Assembly (NCBI RefSeq): GCF_963921235.1 | Contig: NC_086097.1 | Span: forward strand, 89,964,001 to 90,028,000 | From: Mobula hypostoma | Taxonomy: Eukaryota | Reading direction: 5' to 3' | DNA: 64,000 nucleotides | Shown: in pieces, positions 36,941 through 50,149 of the stretch | Layout: each line of letters starts with the position of its first letter | Numbering within the stretch: the stretch's first letter is position 1 | Made by a program: the position numbers and the translations under genes | Notes under the pieces: generated by a model | The model's input: the letters and a program-made list of their open reading frames with translations, nothing else | Databases searched by the model: none | What the model was told of the DNA's origin: nothing

Positions 36941-38576
36941 AGAAAACATAAAACATAGAAAATAGGTGCAGGAGTAGGCCATTCAGCCCTTCGAGCCTGC
37001 ACCGCCATTCAATATGATCATGGCTGATCATCCAACTCAGAACCCTGCACCAGCCTTCCCTCCATACCCCCGATCCCTTTAGCCACAAGGGCCATATCTA
37101 ACTCCCTCTTAAATATAGCCAATGAACTGGCCTCAACTGTTTCCTGTGGCAGAGAATTCCACAGATTCACCACTCTCTGTGTGAAGAAGTTTTTCCTAAT
37201 CTTGGTCCTAAAAGGCTTCCCCTTTATCCTCAAACTGTGACCCCTCGTTCTGGACTTCCCCAACATCGGGAACAATCTTCCTGCATCTAGCCTGTCCAAT
37301 CCCTTTAGGATTTTATACGTTTCAATCAGATACCCCCTCAATCTTCTAAATTCCAACGAGTATAAGCCTAGTTCATCCAGTCTTTCATCATATGAAAGTC
37401 CTGCCATCCCAGGAATCAATCTGGTGAACCTTCGTTGTACTCCCTCTATGGCAAGGATGTCTTTCCTCAGATTAGGGGACCAAAACTGCACACAATACTC
37501 CAGGTGTGGTCTCACCAAGGCCTTGTACAACTGCAGTAGTACCTCCCTGCTCCTGTACTCGAATCCTCTTGCTATAAATGCCAGCATACCATTCGCCTTT
37601 TTCACCACCTGCTGTAGCTGCATGCCCACTTTCAATGACTGGTGTATAATGACACCCAGGTCTTGTTGCACCTCCCCTTTTCCTAATCGGCCACCATTCA
37701 GATAATAATCTGTTTTCCTGTTTTTGCCACCAAAGTGGATAACTTCATATTTATCCACATTAAATTGCATCTGCCATGAATTTGCCCACATGTCAGACAT
37801 GATTTTCCTTTCACAAATCCATGCTGACTTTGTCCGATGATTTCACTGCTTTCCAAATGTGCTGTTATCACATCTTTGATAACTGACTCTAGCAGTTTCC
37901 CCACCACCGATGTTAGGCTAACCGGCCTGTAATTCCCTGGTTTCTCTCTCCTTCCTTTTTTAAAAAGTGGGGTTATATTAGCCACCCTCCAATCCTCAGG
38001 AACTAGTCCAGAATCTAAAGAGTTTTTAAAGATTATCGCTAATGCATCCACTATTTCTTGGGCTACTTCCTTAAGCACTCTGGGATGCAGACCATCTGGC
38101 CCTGGGGATTTATCTGCCTTTAATCTCTTCAATTTACCTAACACCATTTCCCTATGAACATGTATTTCCCTCAGTTCCTCCATCTCACTGGACCTTCTGT
38201 CCCCTACTATTTCTGGAAGATTATTTATGTCCTCCTTAGTGAAGACAGAACCAAAGTAGTTATTCAATTGGTCTGCCATGACCTTGCTCCCCATAATCAA
38301 TTCACCTGTTTCTGTCTGTAGGGGACCTACATTTGTCTTAACCAATCTTTTTCTTTTCACATATCTATAAAAGCTTTTACAGTCAGTTTTTATGTTCCCT
38401 GCCAATTTTCTCTCATAATCTTTTTTCCCCTTCCTAATTAAGCCCTTTGTCCTCCTCTGCTGAACTCTGAATTTCTCCCAGTCCTCAGGTGAGCCACTTT
38501 TTCTGGCTAATTTGTATGCTTCTTCTTTGGAATTGATACTATCCCTAATTTCCCTTGTCAGCCACGGGTGCACTAC
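36941..38576 (-). mobile_element. Young CR1 copy with internal deletion of the RT core
   Basis: Same family as 31945-33481; junction tttgcccac-at-gtcagacat at ~37790; splits a Rex1-type fragment (36780-36940 / 38580-38960). Confidence 0.93.
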
Positions 38577-39968
38577 TAGGTCACTAGGTCCAATATCACC
38601 AGGTTCAGGAACAGTTATTACCCTTCAGCCACTAGGCTCCTGAATCAGAGTGGATAACTTCACTCACCTCAACACTGAACTGATTCCACAGCCTATTGAC
38701 TCACTTTCAAGGACTCTGCGACTCATATTCTCAGTTTTATTTATCTATCTAATTATTTACTGTATTTATTATTATTATCATCATTATTGGTGTTTTTGCA
38801 TTTGCAGTTTATCTTCTTTTGCACATTGATTGTTTGTCAGTCTTTGCAGTTTTTCATTGATTCTGTTGAATTTCTCTGTTCTACTTGAATGCCTGCAAGA
38901 AAATGAATCTCAAGGTAGTATATTGTAACATATGTGTATTTTGGTAATAAATTTACTTTGGGCGTTATGGAAATTGGTGCAGACGAGGAGTTGACACCAG
39001 CATAAATCAGAGATTAACCATATTGAATGGCAGGACAAATTTGAGGGATCTAATCTGGCTCCAAGTTTCTTGTGTTCTTGTGAAACCTTCCTATATACTG
39101 TTAGAAGATCTGTTTTCCTAATGCCCAGACGTATGTCTCAAGGTGCAAAGAAACATGAATGTGGTTACAGCAAATTGATCACACAATAAGTAGTTCCTTC
39201 ACTACATGAACCACAGCAGATCAAGAAAATGCACATTACCACCTTCAGGAACATAGTAAAGGATGGTCAATAAATTCTTCCCTTGCTAGTGATATGATAA
39301 ACAATAAAAATACAGCCTAAAATGTGTATATCCTGGTTTCCCGCCCACTCACTCGTGGAAACAGATTCAACTCTGTTAAACCCTCTCATAATTTTAAACC
39401 ACCCTCCCCCCTTTGCCATTCTGAACTCTTTCTCCAACACAATGAAGGAATTGTTGACCAAACAAAGGATACCTTTTCCTTTCTGAATTTTGCAGCCTAA
39501 TTTAACAAGAAACCTATGGGAGGCTCTTTAAGGAGTTGATGAATGCAATTCGTATTGATTCATTCAAATGCAGATTTAGCAGATTTCTTTCAGAAAGGAA
39601 AAGTTCTCAGAAAATGTGTCTGTGAGTAATCTGAGGCAGAACTGGCAATAAGGAACAGGAGATTTGGTGAATTTGTACCTATGACTACTAAAACTCTGGA
39701 CTTCTAGAGCTTTCCTCAGCAACACACACAAGTGCTGACGGAACTCAGCAGGTCAGGTGGCATCTACAGATAGGAATAAACAGTCAACGCTTCAGGCCAA
39801 GACCCATCAGGACTGGAAGTGAAGGGGAAGAAGGCCTTGCCCCATCCTTGGAGTTTTCCTTGCCTTTGGCAATGGCTGACCAATCAGGATTTGTTTGTTG
39901 AGTTAGCAAACACTATTGTAGTCAAGGTGATGAACTAGATAAACCTTGGACATTTGATTATAAATTGT

Positions 39969-40168
39969 AACACACACAAAATACTGGAGGAACTCAGCAG
40001 GTTAGGCATCATCTATGGAAATGACAAAACATTCTATGTTTCGGTTCTTCAGGACCAAAAGGTCAGCTGCTTATTCAATTCCATAGATGCTGCCTGACCT
40101 GCTGAATTCCTCCAGCATTTTATATGTGTTGCTTTGGATTACTAGCATCTGCAGATTTCTCAAGGTTA
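39969..40168. mobile_element. Penelope-derived inverted mini-element
   Basis: Inverted PLE 3' ends; 14-bp TSD tgattataaattgt (39955-39968, 40169-40182). Confidence 0.8.
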
Positions 40169-41467
40169 TGATTATAAATTGTGTTTCAGTTCTCCCCTCA
40201 CTGCCATCATCTTCCCTCAGATTTCCCCACTCACTCACACACTCGGGGAAAATTGCAGTGGTCAATTAACCTACCAATCCACATGTCTTTTGGATGTAGG
40301 AAGAAACCGGAGCACCTTGAGGAAACCCACACGGTCACAGGGAGGACACAGACAGCACCCCAGGTCAGGGTCGAACCTGCATTTCTCTTTCTTTCCAAGG
40401 TAGCCGCTTTACTAGATACTGCACTTGATCTTTTAACTGTCCATTCCCACAGTCAAATCTTTCCTCTGCCTTGTCACTCTCTATCCCTGTAACTTCCTCT
40501 ACTCTCTAACATACATGCTTCCCTGGCCCTTTGAACGTCCTTAATTTTCATCACTTCACTTTGCTACCAGTGACCTTACTTTTCTAGAGAGAGAGATATA
40601 TTTTAAATTTATCGCCACTCTCCCTCCCTATGTTCCTGGAAGATTATCTGCTATAAAAGAGCAAAAGGTATAGGAATTGCCCTGTAGCGTTGCTCCAGTC
40701 ATATCAAGCCAGCTGGTTTCATCCTCCTTGTGATCCGCATTTGTTCTGAGACAAGGAGGATCGTACCGAGTGGGGAGAAAGTGAAATGGTAACATTTAGT
40801 AAAGCATTATTAATCATTTAATATTAGTATCCACACAACTTATTTACCATCATTTAAGCACCTTGTGGTCAAGTTAAATAGAGCTCAGTTTGGCAGTTGT
40901 TCAATTAGACTTCCATGAGAGGGAGTCAATTCCTTTTGTTTCAGCCTAATCCCAACCTCTGAAGACTGCTGTTGTTTTGTGTTGTTCTGCTTACTGAGAG
41001 TTCCTGGCAAGCAGGCATACATTCTGTGTGTAGTTCTCCCCAGCATATGTACACTGAATAAAATATTCCCACTTGCATTCACCTCCAGCACAGTGCACCA
41101 CTTATGGCTTCATCATAAGGGTTTGCAAGAGTGAATCATAAAGCAGTACAAATTGTAGTATATACAGGACTTAATTGTAACAAAGCTTGAAAAATAGGGC
41201 ACTTGTGACGTCAATGCTGACATGTATTATGGACACTCTTGAAAAAACACTTTTGTTTTTAATGTGGGGGTCAATGCTGAAGCAACCACTCTCTTGATCC
41301 AAGTCACTGCTACCAGAAAGCTACTGGTTTGAAGCATCGTTACGTTAACCACTGAAACCCAGGCACAGCGATGAAATTCTATTAATGGCACAGGGCAGGA
41401 CTTTCAACTCAAAAGCCTTTGTGATCTCTGCAATGATAAAAGGACTTGAACTAATGCAATAAATCAT

Positions 41468-41660
41468 AGACACAAGATGTTCTGCAGCTGCTGAGAATCC
41501 AGCATCTCAGCAGGTCGGGCAGCATCTATGGAAAAGAATACAGAGGCAACGTTTCAGGCGGAGACCCTTCATCAGGACTCGGCTTGAAACGTGACTCTTT
41601 ATCCCTTTCCATAGAAGCTGCCTGGCCTGCTGAGTTCCTCCAGCATTTTGTGTCTGTTAC
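41468..41660. mobile_element. Penelope-derived inverted mini-element (opposite orientation)
   Basis: Tail-bearing arm on the left; hammerhead remnants aacgtttcaggcggagacccttcatcaggact (minus) and ggcttgaaacgtgact (plus). Confidence 0.7.
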
Positions 41661-42336
41661 TCTAAACTTATGCAGTACTTGGCCATTTGTTTGTTATTGT
41701 CATATGATTCAAGATGCAGGGAAAAGCTTTGTTCTGTATGCCATTAATGTGTTTCATTCCAAATGTAAATACACCAAGGTAGTAAAAAGGGGAAGAAAAC
41801 ATTAACAGAATGCAGAATATAGTGTTACAGTTACAGAGAAAGTGCTGTGCAGTTAGACAAATAAGATGCAATGATGTAGACTGAGAGATAAGGTTTTCTT
41901 AAGTGGTCTTGAGATCTCCCAGAAATTTACAGCTAATAAAATACTTTAGAGGTGTAGTCATTCATGCATAACAAGTTCCCACAAACAATAAAGACCTAAG
42001 TTATTCCACAAGCCCTATTTTATGAATAGATCAAAGTCTGCACTGTGCTAATGTGGAGCTGCTCCACGTATGATGGAGCTATGAAAACAAAATGTAAAAT
42101 TGATTAGCAGTGAATAACAATGGGTTGTTTCACCATTCCATGTGCCGCCTCGCCCTAGCCCCCCAACGTTGATTTTGTAATCAGGAACATTTAAAGCAAC
42201 CACTCTTTCAGCAACAGTACATCCCAACGATAGGAAAAAGAGCCAAATCAACACTCAATCTTTGCTGCTATGGTCTAGGATGGCTCAACTCATTCTCTAG
42301 GCAACCATATCCCATGATAAACATTGTACATTACAG

Positions 42337-42341
<5 letters not shown>

Positions 42342-42376
<35 letters not shown>
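42342..42376. repeat. (TA)n microsatellite
   Basis: Direct reading. Confidence 0.95.
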
Positions 42377-42378
<2 letters not shown>

Positions 42379-44029
42379 CATGTAAAGTCTGTCTTATTTG
42401 GGGTGGGATATAATTGGCAACAGGAAGCACAGTCATTTTCCTCCTTATCCATAGCTCTCAGTATTAAGAATAATTTCTCCAGTGACATCTGGTGCACAGA
42501 GGAATGGGGAATGAAAAATGAACCTAAAATTTTCTCAGTGCCACCATTTCCTGCTGGCCCAGCTCACTTAGATAACCAGTAGCCTCCCTCTGTGCTCAAA
42601 CACTGTTGACGTACTCCGACCTGTTATCATGATTTGTAAGTTCTTCTTTTCCAGTCAAGTAAGAGCACTTTTTGTAATTTACAGGGTCAGCGAAGCAGCC
42701 TTGCCAGAGTGAACTCCAGGTCAAGGGTTATTAAGGTCATTCTTTCACTGCAGACAACTTTTTGACTTGTTAGAAAAACAATCAAAAGAGCACAACATAA
42801 ATGAACAGGGGGGAAAACATTTCAGAAAGAAAGCATTTAGCGTGGTTAGTTAGTAACTCAAAAGTACACAACAAAATCAGATTCTTCCCTCATGTTGTAA
42901 TACATTATGTGTTTCAAGGGATATGAAAGTATAGACAATGAGTCGCTTTCCTGGAATGTGAAGGAAAGAAACTGCATTGATGTCTCCTGTTCTCAAGATG
43001 TACCAAAACTCTTTACAACCTATGACATAATTTAAAATAATAGACAATGTTATGGTACAGTAAACTGCAAAACCTAATTTAGAGTGAAGAAAATCTCACA
43101 AATAGCAAAGTAATAATGACCACGTTATGATGATGACTGAGAGATAAATGCTAATCTGGAGAGATGACTGATAGTTTCCTTCAAAGCAGCTTTGTGAAAG
43201 CCTTTGCGTTAACCAAAGAGTGGACCAGACTCAGGTCAACACCCCAGAAAAATTAGCAGATTCTGTCAATGCTCCAGAGGGTTAAAGGTTGCAAAGTTCT
43301 AATGAAGATTAAACCTGCTTCTCTCTCCTCAGATGTTGCCTAACATGCTGAAGTAATCATAAATAAAACTGACTTGGGGATTTTCATATTGCTGTTTGTG
43401 AGAGCTTGCTATATTAATATTGACTCCCAGATTTTCAAATCATCAAATCAAGTTGAGTATATTGTCATATGTGCAATGAGAAATACACTTGCTGCAGCAT
43501 CGCAGACATTTGGCGTAAGAGACACAACCTTACATTATTGGCTTCACCTCAACAGCCACTCAATGGCAGTCATGCAGTTTTGGATTGCTCAAGACCATCA
43601 GACACATGATGTACCATGCTGGCAGTATTTTTTTTTGTTTAAGCTAAGAGGACAGTGAGACAAAATTTCCTCAAGTCATGTTTGGCACTGAAGCAAGATG
43701 GATTAGAGGCTAGGGAAATAACCTCAAAACTATTTTTAAAAAGCAAGTAAAGTTTAAAGTTCAAAAGGAAACATCAGGGCAAAATGTACATGATTCTTTT
43801 ATTGGAATGTCCACTTTATTAGGCTGTCTTATTGAAGGGTAGAGTAAGCATAAGAGCTCAAATGTCCTTCCTTTTTTAAAAAAAAGTTCAGAAGAGTTTA
43901 ATTGCAGATTCTAATATTTCAAAGCACAAAGCACAGGAACAATTAGATCATCCTCTGTTACAATCCGGGCTACATTCTGCATATTTAAAACTGCCAATTC
44001 TGGGCAGTCAGTCCAGTAAAAAAAAATCA

Positions 44030-44335
44030 AATGTCAAACAAGTCTTTTGCCAGGCCATTCGAAGGGGTTCCTAGTTCCTTTAGGTTGGAGATGGTGGCTG
44101 TCCTGGAAGTCACACAAATAGGGGTCAGCGTGCTGAATGGCGAGTCTGCATAGGCTCTGGTTCATGGAGAATTCTAGAATTCCACCAGTTTCTCAGTCTG
44201 CCCCTATTCCTCATGACTCCACTTACTGAAGAACTTGACGAAGTGACAAAGGGCAACATCATCCCGCTCAAAGTAGAGGTCGTAGACAGATAATCATAGG
44301 GGGAAAAGAGCTCCTTGTAGTCCTGCTGGTCATTT
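44030..44335 (-). pseudogene. Ferritin (H/M-type) intronless pseudogene
   Basis: Manual minus-strand translation: ELFSPYDYLS / YFERDDVALCHFVKFFSKWSHEE*GQTEKLVEF*N / MNQSLCRLAIQHADPYLCDFQDSHH / ISNLKELGTPSNGLAKDLFD, collinear with ferritin ELYASYVYLS, YFDRDDVAL..FAKFF, SHEEREHAEKL, VNQSL, DPHLCDF, TNL..LGAP..G..EYLFD. Confidence 0.88.
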
Positions 44336-46849
44336 AACACACTTGAGAATCCAGTTTCCCTTTCTTTATCTCCTCTTCGTTTTCTATGTTTACCAATTTC
44401 CAGTGGGTTTCACTAATTTGGTGGATACACCCACCTAATCCCACTTCTGAGGAAAGTTAATCTGAAAGTTTGCTAAATCTGGTTGATTCAATTGCTGCAA
44501 ATATCATCAACTCTGCCTGATCATGTATTCTTCTCCTTTAAGCAACACCTATATCTTTATAACTAAAATGATTCATTAGGTCCAAAGGCACTTGTGTGCT
44601 CATTTTAAATATATTCTCCAGCACAATAAATGATTTTACCTGTTTATTCTTAGTGTTTAAAAATCAAGATAGTTGAAGTCCGTGCACTTAAAATTACTGA
44701 TTGTGATAAAGTTTCACCAGCATTAATAAACCTGTATCAAGTTTGTACCCTTAAAGATATAAGTAAATTTGTTTTAATACTTAATAGAATAAACTGTTCT
44801 AAACTACAGCCCAATTTTGTAGATTAATGGGAAAGTGACACTTGCGATTATATAATTTAATTTTAGTGGAAATTAAATGAAGAAAAGTAATGCAATTTTG
44901 AATGCTGTTGAGGAAAAGAGAGTTAACATTTAAGGTCAATGAGATTTCATTAGAATAACCCAATGACGCCAGAGTTTGGTGACTCATTGCAAGCTGCTCT
45001 CTACTCATTACTTCTGTTTTAGCCGTTCTACCATTTTAAACCCTATCTTATTGTCTGCCTGCACTGCATTTCCCCGTAACTGTAACACTTTATTTTGCAT
45101 TTCCCCTTGTACTACCTCAATGCATGGATCTGATGAAATGATCTGTATGGATGGCAGGCAAAAAAACCTTTCTCACTGTACCTTGGTACATGTGACCATA
45201 ATAAACCAAGGTAACAATTTATTTCCCACAATGCTTGCTATGTTTTATTTCAGATTCCTAGTTTCTACAGTATTCCTAAATCCCTTCTTGTAGCTGAAAG
45301 TGAAGCTCTGTCACTGGGGTGTTTTCAGAACCCAGTGGGCAGGACAAGAACAGCTGGAAAGAGAATGAAAGCGCAAACAATTTTGAAAGGGGCAATTAGT
45401 GATTGTTTTGCAACTAATGTTAGGGTTAGATTGTGTGTCTGTTGATGGGAGTGTGACACTGCTGCGATGCAGAGATACTCCGGACTTCAGACAAGCTATT
45501 TAACAGTCTTTCAGAGCTCAGGGAAGCCAGCACAATGTGATTGTGCATTTCAACATAAGATAGAAAGGATTTGATGGACTGACTAACTTTTACTCATTCC
45601 AGTGATTGTTAAAGCTTTTCCTTCTGTCCAAGTAATAACAGTTATTATGGCTTCAGGGTGAACAAAGGCTTATTGCAAGCAACGGTACCAAGCAAGTTAC
45701 AGGTCAGGGGTCATGTCATGCTGTCCTTTCATTGTAACAAAGCCTCTGACCCTCATTATCTGCAGTAATCAGGTAGACAATGCAAACTACTCTGACTGTT
45801 CCATGCGAATAGTCAGGAGAAGGAAATATATTTAAAAGATTTCTCTTTTAAAACAAAACCTGCTTCGAGTAAACAAAAATTTTCTACTTATTTAAAGAAA
45901 CTGCAAAGTTTGAACAAGTCAAGGAGAGGCTGTCATTTGCTAAACTTCCAGGATTGTCCTCGATAACTTCAAGAATTGAAGTGTGTTTTCCAAGACATTA
46001 ATGCTATTTGAATGAAGCACAAGAACATTGCAAATGTATAACGTTTTATCCTACAGGGTTCTTTTTAGCACCGTTGCCTGTGATTTAAAAAAAAATGGAG
46101 ATGGGGAACAAGTCTTTTAATGATGACAGTCATTTGTCTCAGATGAGTGCATCGCATGCTTGTTGGCAAAACTTTGATGGTTGTGGGTGGGGTGTGGTGT
46201 GCAGGAGCCAGCTTTTGGAGTCAGATTGTGTGATCAAACCTATAGGGATGGTTCCAACCCTGGCAATCCTAGGTCAAAGCATTTTGTTTTACTGAAAGTA
46301 AATAAAGTCAGTGGTTTGCCTGCAAGTTGGAAGTGAGTTATTGGAAAGGTCGTCTGATACAGTGAATGCATTCAGCAAATGTAGCTGCAATAGTGAACCT
46401 AACAAACAGCCTTCTCCCCCTTCTCATGTCAGGCCTTCAATAGGACCTCACGCATGGTGCACTAGTTTGCTATCAGGGTGAGCCTGTGATTTTGTTTGCT
46501 GCTTCATCACAGAGAACTTATAGTTCTAGTTGGTGATGATCTTATCTCCATGAGGGGCCTAACACAAAAGGTCTAAGTTGCATCACTTAGCCGGAGTTGT
46601 TAGCCTTTCTGGCTCCTGAGTGCAGATCTTGCACAAACCTCTGGATTAAATGTTCCACTAAAATTCTTATCATTTCCTCATGGAAGTTCTTGCCCATGCT
46701 TGAAGACACCAATAAATATACTTGCACTTCATAGTCCTCCTGTCCTGATTTTCAAAAGAGTGCCGGCATTTGGCTGCATGGTTCTGCTCTCTGTCTTCTT
46801 TTGGATTTCAACAACACTTGGGGAAACTTTCCACTTTTTCCAATGTATA

Positions 46850-47461
46850 GTGTGGAATATAAAAGCAAGGAGATAATGCTGAGGCTTTATAGGACACTAG
46901 TCAGCCCACATTTAGAGTATTGGCAACAGTTTTGGGCCCCATATCTCAGAAAGGATGCCATTGGAGAGAATCCAGAGGAGGTCCACAAGGATGTTTCTGG
47001 GAATGAAGGTGTTAATATATGAGGAGTGTTTGGTAGCTTTGGGCCTGTACTCACTGGAATATAGAAGAATGTGGGGGGATCTCATTGAAACCTACTGAAT
47101 ATTGAAAGGACTAGATAGGGTGGATATGGAGAGAATGCTTCCTATGGTGGGGGTCTCCAGAAGTAGAGGGCACAGCCTTAAAACTGAGGGGCGACCTTTT
47201 AGAATAGAGGCGAAAAGTATTTTTTTTAGCCAGAGAGTAGTGCTTCTGTGGAATGCTCTACCACAGACTGCAGAGGAGACCAAGTCTGTGGGTAAATTTA
47301 AGGTGGAAGTTGATAGTTTCCTGATCTGCCAGGGCATCAAAGAATGTGGCGAGAAGGCAAGTGTATGGGGTTGAGTGGAATCTGGGGATCAGCCATGACG
47401 GAGTAGCAGAGCAGACTCAATGGGCTGAATGGCCTAATTCTGCTCCTATGTCTTATGGTCT
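46850..47461 (+). mobile_element. CR1 3' fragment
   Basis: VEYKSKEIMLRLYRTLVSPHLEYWQQFWAPYLRKD; FFSQRVV.LWNALP; tail tcctatgtcttatggtct. Confidence 0.9.
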
Positions 47462-47901
47462 AACTGTGACCACTTAAACTGTACAACTGAATCAATATGT
47501 CTGCCACCTATCATCCATTGATGATATTTTACCTTGAGAACTGTGCTCTCTTTGCCCTTATGCTTGGCTACTGCCTTGGTCCTTTCTCAGCTGCAAAATC
47601 CCAAACTTCTCCTCAATGTCATGGCAGTAGATTCTTCTCTGTATTGCGTTTTAGTAAGACAAGTACCAGAACAGAGCTTCTAGTGCTGCTGCTAACATCC
47701 AGCCAACAGCAGTCCATCCAAAGTCAAACCACCTGGTGCACAAAGTGGTCAAAGATACACTCAATATTCTATGCAAGGTACTACTGAAAGAAAGGTGCGA
47801 TATCTTAGATTATTTTGCTTTCTAAATAAAACAATTCATTAGCTCACGACTGTTTGAAAGAGCTTTCAGATGACAAATTTCAGATTCAGATCTTTATCAG
47901 T

Positions 47902-48363
47902 ACAGTACTGTAGAAGTTTTATGCATAGCCCGGGACTGCTGCCCCCACCCCCGCTGTCAAAAAATAAACAAATTTCATTACATATGTGAGTGATGATAAA
48001 CCTGATTCTGATATGGGTCTCTATTGTGGACTGAGAGTGGGAAGGGGGCAGGGAGAGGGGAGGGAGTGGGAAGCACCAGAGAGACATCCTGTAATGATCA
48101 ATAAACCAAGTGTTAGGAATGAAATGACTTTACCTGGTGTCTCACGACTGGATGTGTCTGCACCCGCCACTGGCACTCCTACTCTGCCACCTGTCCCCAC
48201 CCCTCCCACAGCACTTCACCCATGCCATTCCCAATGTCCTATGACTTTACAAACTCTGTTCTCTGCTCCAGGTTGACAATTATGGAACTGTGTAAAAGCC
48301 TTCAGCGCCCTAGCTATATATATATATATATATATGTGCCTGAGAATTTTGCACAGTACTGTA
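47902..48363. mobile_element. Tc1-like non-autonomous composite repeat (related copy at 59790-60123 in opposite orientation)
   Basis: TA-flanked cagtactgt...acagtactg ends; internal block shared with 59800-60030; (TA)n at ~48315-48335. Confidence 0.6.
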
Positions 48364-48967
48364 CATCAAAACATACAGTGAAATGCATTGTTTGCTTTAA
48401 AAACCAACACATCCAAGGATCTCCTGGGACAACCTGCAAGAGTTGCCCCACATCCAAGCACCAACATAGCACTCCCCCAACGTTCAGCAGAACAACACAT
48501 AACTCTACAAGCAACAAAACAACACAGAAGTACAAGCCCCTTTCCTCTGTCCCATCCACACACAAACACTGCTCCAAATCTAGGCCAGGCCTCTTGGCCA
48601 AGTCTCCAGGCTCTGGCCATTGGGCTCTGACTTCCAAACTTTCCTGGGACTAGCCAATGACGGGACCTCAAACTCCAGACGCGCTGACTCACCGTGGTCG
48701 TGCCTCCTGTTCACACAGACATCCGACCCTGGGATGCACTGATCTGGAACAGCCTGACATCCACAAATGTTCTTCATCATCTGTCCATGTTGCAGGCCTT
48801 CAAGTAGAGCGGAGGCCTATAATCTGATACCCTTTGTCACCTATCCACATTGCTGGCCTTTGAATGCAGAAGGCAGAGCAGACTTCAGATTTTCAGGTCC
48901 ACATTGTTGGACTTTGAGCATAGACGTCTCACATGTGTGGTAGGCTAGGTTTTCACCTTCAGCCCCC

Positions 48968-49258
48968 TAGCATGGTAGCATAGCGGTTAGCTCAATGCGA
49001 TTACAGCACGAGGTGTGGGAAGTTCTGAGTTTAATCCCGGCACCCTCTGTAAGGAGTTTGTACATCCTCCCCATGGAATGTGTGGGTTTCCTTCGACTGC
49101 TCCGGTTTCCTCCCACAGTCTAAAAACGTGCTGGTTAGTACACTAATTGGTCATTGTAAAGTTGTCCTGTGATTAGGTTAGGGTTAAATTGGTGGGTTGC
49201 TGTCGGGCGGCTTGAAAGGCCGGAAGGGCCTATTCCACGTTGTATCTCTAAATAAAAT
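48968..49258 (+). mobile_element. HE1/V-type tRNA-derived SINE
   Basis: tagcggttagc head, gggtttcc...tgctccggtttcctcccacagtc V-domain, CR1-like tail ggccggaagggcctattcc, (taaa)n end. Confidence 0.8.
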
Positions 49259-50149
49259 AAGCAACAATGCAGAGCACATTTGAGGAATTCTGGGATGCTA
49301 CAAAAATTCTTCCTGAGGTAGATTAATAGAAAATATTTATTTTTGAATGTTTTCCATGATCTGAGTTTGATGGGCGTAATAGTGCACACCAATATAACTG
49401 GACCAATAAGGCTTACAGATGACTTTCACTCTATTATGATTATCAAATGAAGAATGGTGTCCCTGTGGTTACTTCTGAGGGACCGGACAGTTAAATGCTT
49501 AGTCATTTTCCCTTCAGTAGTCTTATTGTGGTTTTCTTTCAGGGCTGTAGGTACACACAGCAGTCACTTACCAAGAGCTATTCACTAGTAAGAAGACTTT
49601 TCTTCGACACTAATTCCTGAAATGTTGATGCCATCAACATTTGGTGCACATCTCAGATTAGTTCTGAGAAAGGTGTGCCTTTTAATTGAACTATGATTCA
49701 ATGCAGTACTATTGATAGAGGCTTAAGATAATAAAGTAGGGCACTTCGTGAGATAGTTGAGATTTAATCATTGTGAGGTGGAACTGGAGTCTGAGTCGGG
49801 ACAGTGGGTTCCCTAAAGAACACTAGTGACTGAGTTGGGCTTTGTAATGCAATGAGCCAGGTTTTACTGAATATTTTCCAAGCAAAATCAATAAACATAG
49901 TTAACGAGGGAGATACTTAGAATATATTCTCTTCTGAAGGGCAACTCTATCAGTAGCCCACTTTGTAGCAAGAGTTAATAAAATAGAATATATACAAAAC
50001 TCAAGGTAAATTTATTATCAAAGTACGTGCTTGTTGCCATATACTTCCTTGCGATCCATTTCTTGGAGGCATCTACAGGGATAAAAAGACATAGATTTGA
50101 ATTTCCCGAAAATCTATACCTAAACTTTATGGGTGGCAAGGAGTGTATG

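Noticed and set aside
42440..42490. Possible minus-strand terminal exon (DVTGEIILNTESYG*)
   Set aside because: Short, unrecognised, no upstream exon found
44125..44340. 71-aa ORF with an apparent GTAAGT donor at 44221-44226
   Set aside because: Mostly out-of-frame reading of the ferritin pseudogene; ferritin similarity continues straight through the apparent donor
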